Source: Dudresnaya verticillata (taxonomy: Eukaryota). Taken from it: DNA of 64,000 nucleotides. The translations under genes were made by a program, and so were the position numbers. Positions 1 through 13,008 of this stretch are shown one piece after another. The notes under the pieces are model-generated. The model saw nothing but the letters and a program-made list of their open reading frames with translations. It was not told the DNA's origin and did not search any database. Location of the stretch: contig OZ374559.1 in assembly GCA_977862235.1 (NCBI GenBank), positions 558,001 through 622,000 of the forward strand, in the 5' to 3' direction. Numbering within the stretch: the stretch's first letter is position 1; each line of letters opens with the position of its first letter.

Positions 1-1232
1 TCCGCCTTCTTGGCATTCTTAGGCGGCTAATGGAAGCATTCAACTTCGTAGGCTCGTGAGAAATGGCAGCGCCGTGAGTGTAATACTGGTTTCTAGACAG
101 CACTGTGTCCCAGAACTGTTTAAGTCACCTTTTGCACAGTTCGGGACGACTAGTAGCCGAACCCCTCCGTCCTGAGCCTTAGTGTTCAAGAATCTCGTCT
201 AGAGGTTCTTGATTGATGTTTTTATGGCCGCTGAGCAAGATTTATTGACCACCGCCAAGCAGCGGGACTTCAAACCAGAACCCTAGTTCGCTGTGATGAT
301 TATTGCGCCAGCATATACTCAGAGTACAACCTGACGCACCAGTTCCTGCGTATTGTGCTTCCAGGATCAGACCCGAATTATCGGAGAAGATGACGCAGAT
401 ACCCATGGTCCACATGTTGTGAAGTGCCATTCCGAATCCGAGACGGTGTAAATGCATATATTGTGGTCAGCACCGTTATGGGACAGGTGGAAATGTATCC
501 GTGTCGGTGTTTTGTTAATTGCTGTTCGCCGGCGTTCATTGCTGTGCGTCTCTGCAGCGCATCAACAGTAGCGGAGTATTTATAGTGCTTATTATGTATT
601 CTTGGTGCGTCTCGGTATATTTTGTAAAGTAGCGCTCCAATCAAGGAGAATGATACATATGTCCGTTTCGGAGATTGGGAGCAGCAGGGCCGATTCCACT
701 ATTGGTCCAAACCATTAGGGTCTGACCCACACGGACCGGGTCACCCGAGGCCACCCTGACTTGTATATCAGGGCGGCGCCGCCACAGCTCCTAAGGCAAA
801 CGGACAAATAACCCTTGAACCTCAATCCCATTGCATCTCTTTCCTTTTTCGGTTTTTGCCCACACGGTTTTCCCCGCACCGAGCCTGCTGCGGTCTACCA
901 CCACCATGTAGTATCTTGAAAACACCACCGAGTGCGGGGCCCAAAAGAGACCCCAAAAAGGACCTGAAATACCCGTCGGATTTCGTCGCAAAACGGCCGA
1001 ACGTAGAACGGACCTACGCGCCGGTAGCAAGCATGGTAGAGCGGGAGTGCTTAGATGAAGCCGTATCCATAAACCTGAATAAGCAGCGGAAAATCGTCAA
1101 GTTGGGGAAAGGCTGCAAAACGCTACTCCCAACCTCTGACGGGACAGCTTCGTACCTTTTCTGGCCGAGCCGTAGTAATGGGCCTACTAAATAGGCCAAC
1201 ATCGGCCCCCGGGCTAATCTAGAGCTACTCTA

Positions 1233-1325
1233 AGTTAGTGGCCGGGGTTACTCCATAGAATCCATAATATATAGTTCTATAGATATTATGGCTGCTGCCA
1301 CATGCAGTAACCTCGGCCACTAACT
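1233..1325. repeat. Nested inverted repeat (20-bp outer arms, 9-bp inner arms)
   Basis: AGTTAGTGGCCGGGGTTACT (1233-1252) pairs with AGTAACCTCGGCCACTAACT (1306-1325), 19/20. Inner CCATAATAT (1262-1270) pairs with ATATTATGG (1283-1291). Confidence 0.85.
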
Positions 1326-1697
1326 GTATAATACTCTTACCCGGACTCCAAGCCACTTTAATAGCTCCGCCAGGCTAAATACAGTACTTGTTAGCCAGTT
1401 ATTGGCCACATTAGTTAGATTTTCCCGTGAATTTCCACTGTCTTCCTCTTGATTTCATCTGCGGCCAAATCCGTCTCTTGTTTGCGCTAGGCCATGAATC
1501 GGATCAAACGTGTCATCTCGACACCGTGCGCCTTAGTGTCGTCGTTGAATAAGATATTCCTGGATTTGGGACTGCAGTCGATTAGGAGGACGCCGATGAC
1601 GACACGCCGGAATAGCACCGCCTGAAAGTGAGGATATGGATCGAGAAGGGCGTGGAAGCGGGGGATGTAGTTCTAGGACGAGCCGGAGAGGGAATTA

Positions 1698-2988
1698 TTG
1701 TCACACTGCGGGTCCAAAAGGATCTCCGTAGGGGTCTTTGATCGTACGAAGAGGAGAAACATAGTGGAGATGTTGGAGAGTCAGGACATCGCAAACATTT
1801 ACTGCTGCCAATCGAAGCAATGCTTCGGAACCATCGAGTCAGTCTATATCAGGGCCGAGTCATTCATAGTCATGGACCAGAACGAGTTGGAAAGAAAGCG
1901 ATACGTCACGGGACTATTAAAACCCAACTCCAACATGTACATATTCAATGGGCGGCTAGTTTGTTACACATTTTGGAGAAGGCTTTCGGTTCTCTAGAGA
2001 CCTTCAGGCAACAGTGAAGGGAATGAACAAGACCCACGAGAAGAAAGGGAGGGGTGGATAGTTAATGGTACTTCCATGGAGCAGCTGGAGGTAGAAATGT
2101 ACTTTCTGGAGCGCCTCTCTGATGTGTCTGGTGGTTCACAATCAGACAAGGCTGAAGTCCACCTCCCTTTATATGAGCAGCTCGCCGTCTATAACACGTT
2201 TTTGACTGAGCACTGCACTCTATACCGTAACAGGACAACAGCGTCAGAGAGCTACGTTTACAGCGCCTGGCTCAGTAGCTGTCCGGAGATTAAGGTCAGG
2301 CGAACTTACTGGTTTGCTAAATGTTCTGAATGCGAGCAGATCAAATATCTGCTCGCAAAAGCCGCAACGGATCTACCGGGGACTGAAGCAATTCGTGAGC
2401 GTCGGGTACGGCACGTGAAAAGTTTTATGCAGGAGCGAACAGAATATCGCAAGAATTGTGGAAAGGCTTCGATGTATCCGAAGAGCTATTTCTCAGTCAT
2501 TGTAAATGGTGCGGATCAGTCCGCATTTGGACTGCCACATTACACATCAAGTTGAAGGACACACGCGGAAACTGCATGACGGCCAAAGCAATCGGCGTTT
2601 TAGAGCATGGGGAGTCCCACATCTAAACCTTTTCCAGATGACAGCCGAGTTCGAGACGGGCACAAACCATGCCATCGAAGCTTTACATCGGATGTTGGTG
2701 GCGCTCAGAGACAGGATAGCACTAAAGGGGACGTTGTTTGTACAGGTCTACGACTGCACTAGGGAGAATAAGAACAGGTTTATGTTCAGATACTTAGAGT
2801 ATCTCGTTGCTATGGGTGTATTTCCAGAAGAACATGCGTCTTTCCTCCCTATCGGTCGCACTCATGCCGATATCGATCAAGTTTTCAGCTGCACCTCGCA
2901 GAGATTACGCATTCGAGACGCGATTACCATGGATGAGCTCACGCACGAACTAAGGCAATCATTCACTCCTCTCCCGTGCCTCACGTAG
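1698..2988 (+). pseudogene. Decayed DUF7869/Sola-like DDD transposase
   Basis: Frameshifted ORFs 1698-1997, 2076-2555 and 2506-2988 carry FAKCSECE, NGADQSAFGLPHY, (D)CTRENKN and FLPIGRTHADIDQVFS. These match the ENKN...GHTHxDIDQxFS signature as I recall it. Paralogous to 23446-24656. Confidence 0.7.
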
Positions 2989-5318
2989 ATGTTACAAATT
3001 GTCAACCGAAGGACAGTAGAACGACCAGTACAGTAAGAGTGTAAAAGATGAAAACATAAGGCATGTCAATTAAAGTGATGTCCCCCCAATCGGTCATGAA
3101 GGCAGTTCTGAAAATACTTGCCTGTAAAAATACAAAAAGGAAAACAGCCTCAGTGTGAGGATAATGCTCCAAACTGGTGCCAGGCGTAGAAAGAGACATC
3201 AATTGCCAACATTCATGCTGACTGGGGTGGAGGCTGGAGGAGCTGTAACGATGGGCACACATGGAGAGGATCCCCTCGCTCGCTCGAGCGAGGCAGAGCA
3301 GTTCTGAAGTCTTGTGAATCAGGTACAGAACAGTTCGGGTAAGTGCGCTGCCGAGAAATAGACTTGGTAGGTCCAGGGGGAGATAAAACACGTCATTCGT
3401 CAATTGTTGCACCCGAACTATAAATAGAAGCTCCTTCACGAGACTGCGTCAGAGCGTTTGGAGAAGAGTCAACGGGATGCAGCCCATCATCATCCAGGTG
3501 GCCCCTCATCATGATGACCCGTACGTTCTGTAGTGCAACTACATTGCCTATTTTCGTGTTACCACGTTATCAGCGCGTTACCCGCGAAGGCGTACACACG
3601 TGTGCTCGTTAGAACACAACTTTCGATAGTTTCAGGGATACTTTTTCCAAAACAGTCGTGCACCGACCATCTGCGAATATGTCGTTCTTTAGCTCTTTGG
3701 AACGGGGATGCGAAGCGGAGAAGAGTGGGGAAATAAATGTTGGCACTGTACATATACAACGGAAGTTACAGCGTTCACATATAGCTTCGACAAAGTCCGA
3801 AACGTTCCTGAAAGTTGTGATTTATGTCGAAGCTTCCTCTCAATTCTGCTTCCAGGTTTTTCTCTGGCCGAGCGGCGCCGCCGCACGCCCGGCGAACCCG
3901 CCCACTTGCGCCCCGCATTGCCCCGCGCCCCACTCAGTGCCGGCACCAGCGCACCAGCAGATGCGCATGCCGTGGATCGTGCGGGGCCACAACCTCCCGA
4001 GCAGACCCGCTGCTGCGCTGCTCCCCCATTATGTGCACTGGCGCATAGGCACATGCGCGTGCCGCTAGCTCTTGTAGCGCGACAAGCGCGGAGGCGAGAA
4101 TATCTCATTCCCGCTGTAGGGAGGCTCATCCCCGGACAGCTGTGGGAGCTTGACGCGGCGAAATGTCTTGAGGCTGACTTAAGAAGGGGCAGCTGCCGAG
4201 CATGGCTCGCCCGAACCGGAATCTTTTGTTGAGAATGTGTCTGCTGAATGCGAAATAACAGAAAATGGGAATGCATTGCCGCTAGGCATCACACTACAGA
4301 TCATACCGACACGAAGTGGATGGCAACTCTACCTCGGGGCTACGCCCCCGAAACTTCACGTCATGGCGCTGGTTTCCCGCAGTTTTTTATCAACTATCTT
4401 TATCATGACCTGCTTCTCACGACTCACTGAATGCCAGAATGCCGCGCGGCACAAGGCGCCCTGTTCGAAGACCTCAAGCTTTGCCATTGTTGTTTTTCAG
4501 AATGCCAAAAATGCTGCTTTGGTAAGTACATAGCAACACAGGTCCGCCCCGTAACATTTAACCATGTTTAAACTTGCAACTCGTCAAGTATTCCCCAAGC
4601 CATTAATTTTATAGTAAACCATTCACAGCAATAGACTACAACAAACTACAATAAACTAATCATATGTTGCAATCGGACACTGCCGTCTCCCCACAAACAT
4701 CCGCCAAACCCCACCCAAGGCCCTCAAGCATCCGCTCCATCCGCACCCATACCTGTGCCACAGAAGCCCTGGAACAGAGGAGTGAGTTCGTAAGCTTAAA
4801 CAGCACATCCTCTAGTGTCTCCGCCCCTGAACAGGTGCTCTGCCCTCTTGCGCGCCCTCCTCGCATCCCTTTCCAGTCCCTGAAGGGCGCGGAAGCGCAG
4901 ACGCGAACTTCACTTGACATTGTTGAGTTTGGTGGGGGAGAGGGGGTCCCACCTGAGCACCAGGTGCTTTTAAACCTTTTATTGTATATGCCTGTTCAGA
5001 CTAGGTTAGTATAGCAACTTCTGCGAGCTCGTGAAGCGAAATCGGCGTTGAACACACGCATGCGGATGCTCCGTCTCACAAGGGAAAGAGTAGGACGCGA
5101 TCCACTGCTATTACCACTCCTGACCGTTGTGCGAACGCAGTCGACATTATTCAGCGAATTGGGCAGCTTAATCGGGCATTTTAATCGCACTCACCGCTAC
5201 GGGCCGGTGCTATGAACTTACCAAACAACATCCTGCGCAGGAACCGCATTTCTGCTAAAAACTTCGAAATGGTTGAAGGTGATGAGCTGTACATGGGAAA
5301 CACGTTATGACGTCTATA

Positions 5319-6066
5319 TGTGGCGCAAGCGTCCTGGACGAAACACCGCCGAGCAGTTCGGGACTCGGTGGGTAACGACGCCTGAGGCGGTGAGTAGCCT
5401 CGCCTTAGTCGGTTGTGGTGGAGCGGTTAACACGCCTTGGGGGACTGTAAACGCCCGAGGCGGAAAGAAAGAACAAAGAGAACAAAAGAAAACACGACAA
5501 GGACGGTGGCTGATCATGGAAGCACGGGAGGTAGACGCGTTCGCCTGGAGGCCAGCGGGTAGGTACGCGTGGCGCGGAAGGGGTATTCTGGACCAAGGCT
5601 GGCTTGCCGGGACTTTACTCCAACGTCCTAGATGGGTTACCTATGTACTATTACTAACGCGGGCGCCGGGGACGCCGCGCGGGAACTCAGGACACGTGTT
5701 ACGCCGCGGTGCGCCTGACAGGTTTGCCGCGCGGTGCAGCTGAGGGTCTGACAGACTTGTCCTCCGGGTCCTGTACTCGCGCTTACACCCACACGTGGCT
5801 ACGTGCCCCTTACAGGTGTGGGCGGGTGGCAGCGAGTGTAATCCCGATCCTCATCCCGATTCGCGACAACATTACGGATGCGTTGTCATTACAGGTGCAC
5901 GTATTACATCAGTGTAGGTCCCGACGCCCGATCCCGATCCTCGATTTAGATCGCATCTAGATCCGGGCCAGCCTTACAGACCCGTAGCTTTACACCAGGG
6001 TCGATCCGGATGTCCATCTGGATCGCGCCCTTGCTGGCGCGCGGCGCCTCGTGGTCCACGTGTAAC
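5319..6066 (-). mobile_element. Old gypsy-type LTR in reverse orientation, left part (other end at about 17326-17400)
   Basis: Begins TGTGGCGCAAGCGTC, the reverse complement of the ...GACGTTTGCACCACA end of the LTRs at 6198-7062 and 17806-18705. Collinear reverse similarity over several hundred bp. Confidence 0.8.
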
Positions 6067-6197
6067 TGTAGTGCCGGGGGGGTCCCCTTTTCGCTTTCAA
6101 GCGGGTTGATATGTCCGCGTCTACCGACGGGCGACCGCCAACGGCGCGATCAACCCGCCCGCGGCGCACACACGTCACCGACGCATGCCGCTGGCCA
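6067..6197 (+). mobile_element. 5' part of a second old LTR, interrupted by the full-length element
   Basis: Starts TGTAGTGCCGGGGGGGTCCCCTTTTCGCT, similar to the family start TGTGGTGCAAGGGG...CCCCTTTTTCGCT. Continues after 16610. Confidence 0.7.
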
Positions 6198-7062
6198 TGT
6201 GGTGCAAGGGGAGGGCTGCCCCTTTTTTCGCTGTGAGTGTATTATGTGCCAACGTCTACCGACGGCACGTCAACCGCCGTTGGCGCGCGAACACGTCATG
6301 GACGATTGGCCCACGGGCATACGGCCGCCGTTACCCCGCGCGGCGCGGCGCACGCGCACACTGTACGGCCAGATCCGGATGCATCATCCCGATCGGCCAG
6401 GCGCAAGGCGCACGCCTGTAAGCTTGCCCCGGATCCGGATCGGATCCGGATGGGACATCGGGATCCGCCATCGGGATCCACAGTGATGTAAGGAGCGCGC
6501 CTGTAATGGCCGCGCGCCAGCAATGCTGGCGGGGATCTGGATCCGAATCCGGATCATCCGCACTGCTACACGCATGCGACTGTAAGTCACCCATTACTCG
6601 CACGCACGCCTGTAAGCTACTCCTGAGCTCCCGCGCACGTGGCTGCATGGCGACGACGACGTGTCAGACACTCGACGGCGCGACACGCGTCCTGAGTTCC
6701 CGCGCACCGCGCCCGCCGCCGTCGCTCACGTAGTATAATAGGTAATCCGTCTGAGGCGCTGAGTAAACGCCGGGCAAGCCGGCCTTGGTCCAGACTTCCC
6801 CGTTCCGCACGCGCGTACCCTACCGCTGCCTACGGCTCAAGCATCTACCTCCCGTGCTTCCACGTCTATCACCGTCCTTGACGTGTTTCCTTTCTGTTCC
6901 CTTTTCCCTTCCTTTCCGCCTCGGGCGTCTACAGTCCGCCCAAGGCGTGTTCTCTGCTCTACCACAAGTCGCCCAAGGCGAAGCTACTCACCGCCACGGG
7001 CGCAGCTACCCACCGAGCCCCGAACTGCTTGGCGGTATACCGTCACAGACGTTTGCACCACA
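6198..7062 (+). repeat. 5' LTR
   Basis: Near-identical to 15746-16610 (about 12 substitutions counted by eye). 10-bp terminal inverted repeat. Confidence 0.96.
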
Positions 7063-7064
7063 TC

Positions 7065-7085
7065 CGGTCTCCCGACCTAGAATCG
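7065..7085 (+). promoter_or_regulatory. Primer-binding site, tRNA-Tyr-like
   Basis: (C)GGTCTCCCGACCTAGAATCG lies 2 nt after the LTR. Its reverse complement CGATTCTAGGTCGGGAGACC(A) reads as T-loop/T-stem/acceptor stem/CCA. The GGGAGACCA end resembles yeast tRNA-Tyr. Confidence 0.65.
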
Positions 7086-7189
7086 TGCTACGTTTCAACG
7101 AGTTACTCCGTCGTGCGACGTCCGACTTTCCGTCTTTAGACGTTCTTCGCTAATCGTCCACGACGTTCAAGCAACTCTACGACTGCATC

Positions 7190-8472
7190 ATGGCCTCACG
7201 ACCGCCGCCGTCGCGAGGCCCAACTTCAAGAAGACCGTCTTCGACGCCTGGGAGTGTACCCGCGTCAGAACGGTCGCTACAGCGGATGACAACGAGGTCT
7301 GGGTGCCTCGTGAGCCCCGAGATCGCGTCGGCGTTCCCGACGCTACCCCGGGCCACGGCCACGCAGGCTCCCACGCGTCGCTCACCGGAGGAGAGTTACC
7401 TCCCCCGCCGACGCGCATCCCCGTCGTCGTCCGCACCTCAGCCCCCGAGGGATCGGCCCTCCGCACCTACCGCTCCTACGTTGACTCGGCTGATACAGTA
7501 CAAGCCGATCAACCGGACGTCGTAGACGGAACACAAGCCGACATCGTCGAGGGAAAACTGGAACTTCTGGATCAACAAACAATCCCCGTCAACGACGATC
7601 AAGGGCGCTCCGCGGAGCGCAACGTCGCTCACGACCCATTGACACCCGGGGCATGTTGCTCCACTCCCCACGGCAGTGCCGGTTGTTCGCCGGCTAAGCC
7701 GAAGTCACCAAGCCAAAGGGCGCAAGAAACGCCCGACCGGTCAAACCGCGAAAGCCAACCGCCAACGGCGTCACCCTCGGCCGTCCGCGTGAGTAACTTA
7801 ACGATACCACGCGAACGGATCCGCGAGATGTGCGTCTTGGAAGGCGATGCGATGCTCGCTAGGTTCGCCGGGTTGCTAGAAGACAGTGTCGGAGGAATCG
7901 CAAGTCGTCTACATTAGCCGCCCTGTCGATGACATGGAAAAACACGCCGAAGGCGACCTCTACTTGGCAGACGAGCAAGCGTCGGTGCCAACTTCGGTTC
8001 TACCGACAGACAGTTACGTCGATGACGAAGACGCAAGGGAATGGACCCCGCTCTCGCCTTTGGGCGCTCGGTCGTACCCGCGCCACGCGTTCCATATTCC
8101 GAGTATGTCCCTCACGTTCACCGAGCAAGGCCTGGATGGCAGGACAGAGGTCCGCCCCGACAAGACGCACGTCGGCAGCTGGTATGCCACCAATGCTACG
8201 CCCGTGGACACATTGCGCCGGACTGCTTCCTTCGCATGAGCGACCTCATGAAGGTTATTACCAACTATGAAGGACTAACCGAAGCCGAGAAGGCTGGTGT
8301 CCCCGCTGATGCGTACGTCCGTTGCAAGGAACGCGCGACTCGCGACGCTGCTCGCAGTGCTGCACGACCACAATCGCCACGAGGCGGACCCATGCCGCAC
8401 GCGGCAGAACGTCATCCGACGATGATCAATCGCTATGTAGCGCCACAACCACCGCCGCAGGCGAAAAACTAA
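7190..8472 (+). pseudogene. gag: gag, frameshifted, with CCHC zinc knuckle
   Basis: Broken ORFs immediately after the PBS. CHQCYARGHIAPDC (Cx2Cx4Hx4C) in 8041-8472. Confidence 0.8.
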
Positions 8473-8617
8473 CTCGGGCACCAACTCCTGACACTGGGGT
8501 GTCGCACCGCGAAGAGAGGCCTAGGCCTCGGGTGCTGACACGGAAGGAGGGCCCGAAGTTAGTTACCGATGACGCCAACGGGCGGATAGAGTCGTCACAG
8601 ACGTCATTAAAACGCCC

Positions 8618-11600
8618 ATGGCGAAGGTACCAACCCCCCAGGCGCGAGGGCAGTTGTTCGTAATGGCCAAGGGGAACTATAAGGTGTACGCCGATTTGGG
8701 CGCAACCGTTAGTACCTTGGCACGTAAACTCACTGTCCTCGACACGGGGGCTGGTCCGAATTTCATTCGCATTGACGACATTCCGCTGGAAGCGCGATCG
8801 CGCATCGTGGCAAAGAGCCTCCCCGTCATAGCCGACGCCAACAATAAGTCGATTCAGACAAGAGGCACCATCGACCTGGTCGTTCGTCTGGGACGGAGAG
8901 TCGTCAAGTTGGAACTGATCGTTTGCGAACGACTCGCTGCGCCGGTTATACTCGGCTGCGACTTTTGCGACCGCTTCGTCGAAGCAATATATCCGCGAAG
9001 TCGCGAGGTTGAATTGGATGACGGGACTCGTGTCCCTATAACGCGCCGCCCGCTGCACCGACCCCCGTCGTATCCTCCGTTGCCAATGGAACAGGAATAC
9101 GGCACGGCCGAAGGAAGGGCATCGCCCAAGATCCGAGTAACCGAGCGCGCGATCATCCCGCCTAAGGCGCAGCAGTGGGTATCGGTGACAACCGAGAGCG
9201 CCGGCATCATCACAATTCAACCGTTCGGAACGCTGTACGACAGACAAGGCCTGGCCGTTACGAACGGGATTGCTCAAGTGGAGCCGCTAAAAGCGTTTCG
9301 CATTTTGGTTGCCAACTTCTCTTCCCGCCCGCAGGCGCTGGCCAAGGGCCAAGTCCTCGCGACGGCGTTACCATATCCGACAGCAGTGTTCCCCAGTCAC
9401 GTAGGTCTAGCCAATGTTTTGGGCCTCACAGAGGAACAGGCCGAGGAAGATAAGGAAAACCAAGATTTCCGTTTTCAAACGAACGATAACACTGCGGCAC
9501 AGCCGGATACTTTCGCGAAGTCTATCGAGGCAACCACTGCCAAGCCTCCGTCAGTAGACGATTTGGACCTGGGACATCTCCCCGCCGAGCATCAAGGCCG
9601 GCTTAAGGAGATGTTACGCAAATATTCGTCTATGTGGGACGCTTCGTTGGGAGAAATCTCAACCACGGAGCACTACATCGACTTCCTTCCCGGCTCTAGA
9701 CCGATATCGTCCCCACCTTACCGAGCGGGGCCGAAGCAAAGACAACTCGCTCAAGCGGAAGTGGACCGCATGCTGCGCCAAGGGGTTATCGAACCTGCAC
9801 AATCGCCGTAGGCGTCACCAGTGGTCTTGGCCCCCAAGAAGGACGGGACCCTCCGCTTTTGCGTAGACTACCGTCGTTTTAACGCAGTAACCATATGGTA
9901 CACGTACCCGCTGCCGCGTATCGACGAATGCATTGACAGTCTAGGAGAATCAAACGTCTTCACCACCCTAGACTGTAACAGTGGGTACTGGCAGGTGCCG
10001 ATCAATCCGCGAGACCGCGATAAGACTGCGTTCACGTGCCACGCTGGACTGTTCCGCTATAAGCGTATGCCATTCGGCCTCACGAACGCACCCGCTACGT
10101 TTCAACGAACGTTGGACATACTGCTCGCTGGTTACAAGTGGTGTTCGTGCCTCGTCTACCTCGATGACGTAATAATCTTCTCCAGTGACATCGACAGTCA
10201 CTTCCGTCATGTTGACGAGATCCTTTCGACATTGCACCGCGCCGGGGTGACTCTGAAGTTGACCAAGTGTGACTTCTTCACCCCGACTGTCAACTACTTG
10301 GGTCACGTCATACGTCCAGGACGGTTAGAAGTTGACCGAACTGCCACCGCCACGCTACGCGAAGCCAAGCATCCACGGGACCAGAAGGAGCTACGGAGTT
10401 TCCTCGGTCTTTGTAACGTCTACAGACGGTTCGTCTCGCGATACGCGCATGTCGCTGCCCCCCTCAACAAGTGGCTGAGGAAGGAACAGGACTTCCTGTT
10501 ACAACCGTTTAATGAGACACAAGCCAAAGCGTTCAGTACGCTCTTCGAGGCTGTGACTCATCCGCCTATACTGGCGCAACCATAGCAGGGTCTCCCCTAT
10601 TCCATCGATTGTGACGCAAGCGAGTATCAGGTCGGCTGCGCTCTCTTTCAAACGCAGCCCGACGGGGAGCGTAAGCCACTCGGCTTCTGGTCCCGCTCGC
10701 GCACCGCTCCAGAGCGTAACTACTCGGTCTCCGAAAAGGAGTGCCTCGCAGTAGTATGGTCCGTCATGACGCTGCGACCTTACCTCCAGATGGAGTCATT
10801 CACAGTCCATACGGACCATTCGTCATTGAGGTGGCTGATGGAAATCAGCGACCCCTCTGGACGGTTAATGCGGTGGCGCCTTCGCCTTTCCGAGCTCGAC
10901 TTTGTCGTGAAGTACAAAAAGGGGTACCTGAATACTCAGGCAGATGCCCTTTCGCGTCTACAGACGAAGGGAGAAACCGTCGAGCCCATTGACGATGATA
11001 TACCATGCTATCACGGAAGCTACGTCGAAGACGGCCATCAAACGTCACAAGACGATTGGTCAGACGCCGAAAGCGAGGTCGACTTCGCCGAACGAGAGTT
11101 CGAAGAGTTCGAACAAGTGTTGATCAACAACACGCCACCGGCGAATGAGGTATTCCTTCGTCAAGTGACGCACGAAGAGTTGGTTGACGCCCAGGGCAAT
11201 GACCAATACTGTAACGACATTAGGAAGCGTCTGGATGACGGGATCATCTTACCGTTCGCAACGGATTAACAGGGCCTGTTGGTCCGAACAGTGGAAGTCC
11301 GCCCACAAGTGGTCGTACCCTCCGCGTTACGCGCTCCCCTACTCCACCTCCGGCACCACGCCAAGTTGGCAGGGCACCCAGGGGGCGTAAGTTGTATCAT
11401 ACGCTTCGACGCGAATACTATTGGCCATCGATGCCAGTGGACTGCTACGCGACCGTCCGCAACTGCGTAACCTGCGCTAAGAACTGCGTATTGCTGCGAA
11501 AGAACGCCAAGCAATTGAAGTTATTCCCGGCAACCGAGCCTCTTGAGTTCGTATCGATCGACATCCTGGGCGAACTCATACGCACGAAGCGAGGAAACAA

Positions 11601-12611
11601 GTTTCTACTCGTCATTGTGGACCGCTTCTCGAAGCTGGTCCGGACGGTCCCACTACGTAGTATTACGGCATTGGAGATCGTTAAGGCGTTTGTGAGACAT
11701 TGGGTCTTCGTATACGGACCCCCAAGAAAGTTTTGTCCGACAACGGACCACAGTTTGTGGCTAAGTTGTTCCAGGATATCTGCCGTCTTTTGGGGGTGGA
11801 GAATCTCTTCACCACGACGTACCACCCGCAATGCAATGGCCAGGTAGAACGATTCAATCGAACTATCCTGGCCTCGGTGCGTCATTACGTTGCGGACCAT
11901 CCGAGAGATTGGGACCTGTTCACGGATGCCGTGACGTTCGCATACAACACGCAGTTGCATTCATCTACGCATCTTACTCCATTTGAATTGGTGCTGTCTA
12001 AGCCACCACGGCCATTTTCGCTTGAAGGGTAACCGTCGCTCGAAAGCGTACCCACCGCGGGACAATAATACACCAAGTGGCGAACCTGACTGGCCGCACT
12101 GATGGGAACCGCTAAAGGGTCGTTGGAGAAAACTCAAGCACGTTACAAACGAAACTTCGATACCTGATTAAGGAAATCGAAAGAAGCAATCGCCGTAGGC
12201 GACTTCGTATTCGTGCGCAAGGAATCCTTCGCCCGAGGCGGGAGCACGGATCGCGCAGAGCGTAAGCATAAGTTGGCGCCAGTGGCGCACGGACCATATC
12301 GGGTAACTCACTTTGATAACGAGACAGTAACCGTCGACAAGGGACGTGACGAGCGGGAACATTTGTCCCGAGACCGCGTGGTCTGGGCGCCGACCCCACC
12401 GGGTCAGGCGGCCCCTCCAATCGTCGTACCACCAGGCCCGCCCGCGGCACAGGACGCAGTATCCCCCACGTCACAAGACGAAGGGACGAATACCCCCGAC
12501 AACGCCGATAATAGTTTTCGTCAACGAAACACAGTTCCGAAAACAACGCCCCAGGCGCGCTACACGACGCTAATGCAGCGAACAAAGAAGGGAGGTACAA
12601 CGCCCAGGTAA
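8618..12611 (+). pseudogene. pol: pol polyprotein (aspartic protease, RT, RNase H, integrase) with stops and frameshifts
   Basis: Protease LDTGAGPNFI. RT LRFCVDYR, MPFGLTNAPATFQR, YLDD. RNase H DASEYQVG, TDHSSLRWL, ADALSR. Integrase HH-CC (HHAKLAGHPGG...CVTC), SDNGPQF, NGQVERFN. Confidence 0.96.
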
Positions 12612-13008
12612 CGTATCTCGACGATTAATACGATAACATCGTCACGACGAGACAAGAAGTAGGTGAACGCTCGCCGAAGTGACACCACTTCTCACTATAC
12701 GTGGAGCACGAGTTCGCTACCACACCCGCAAGACGCGGTGGCAACACAGTACAACGCGACGGCTGCAACAAGACGGTTGCAGCGGGACGAAACCAAACTA
12801 CGTTACCAACGATACAATTTATTCCGGCTAAACAACGGGGAAGTCCCACGCCCAAGCCACAAGCCACGGCGGCTAAAACGCCGCAAAACATTCCAAACAC
12901 TCGTCAACGACGTACGATGCCCTACCTCCCGACTCCACAAAGGAGCCGACAAGGTACCACAATACGCACCCCCGCGAAGGCCTTCCGCCCTAAACGACGC
13001 TAACTATG

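Noticed and set aside
3533..3850. Possible Ulp1-like fragment on the minus strand (YSANIYFPTLL...HIRRW)
   Set aside because: No His/Asp/Cys catalytic motifs found; resemblance too weak.
5990..7153. Many overlapping Arg/Pro-rich ORFs in the LTRs (also 15685-16926, 17682-18741)
   Set aside because: GC-rich LTR sequence with no domain motifs; spurious.
8426..9277. 283-aa minus-strand ORF
   Set aside because: Shadow of the pol protease region.
12611..13000. Chromodomain after integrase
   Set aside because: No Y-x-V-x-W-x-G-Y/TWE pattern visible in any listed frame.
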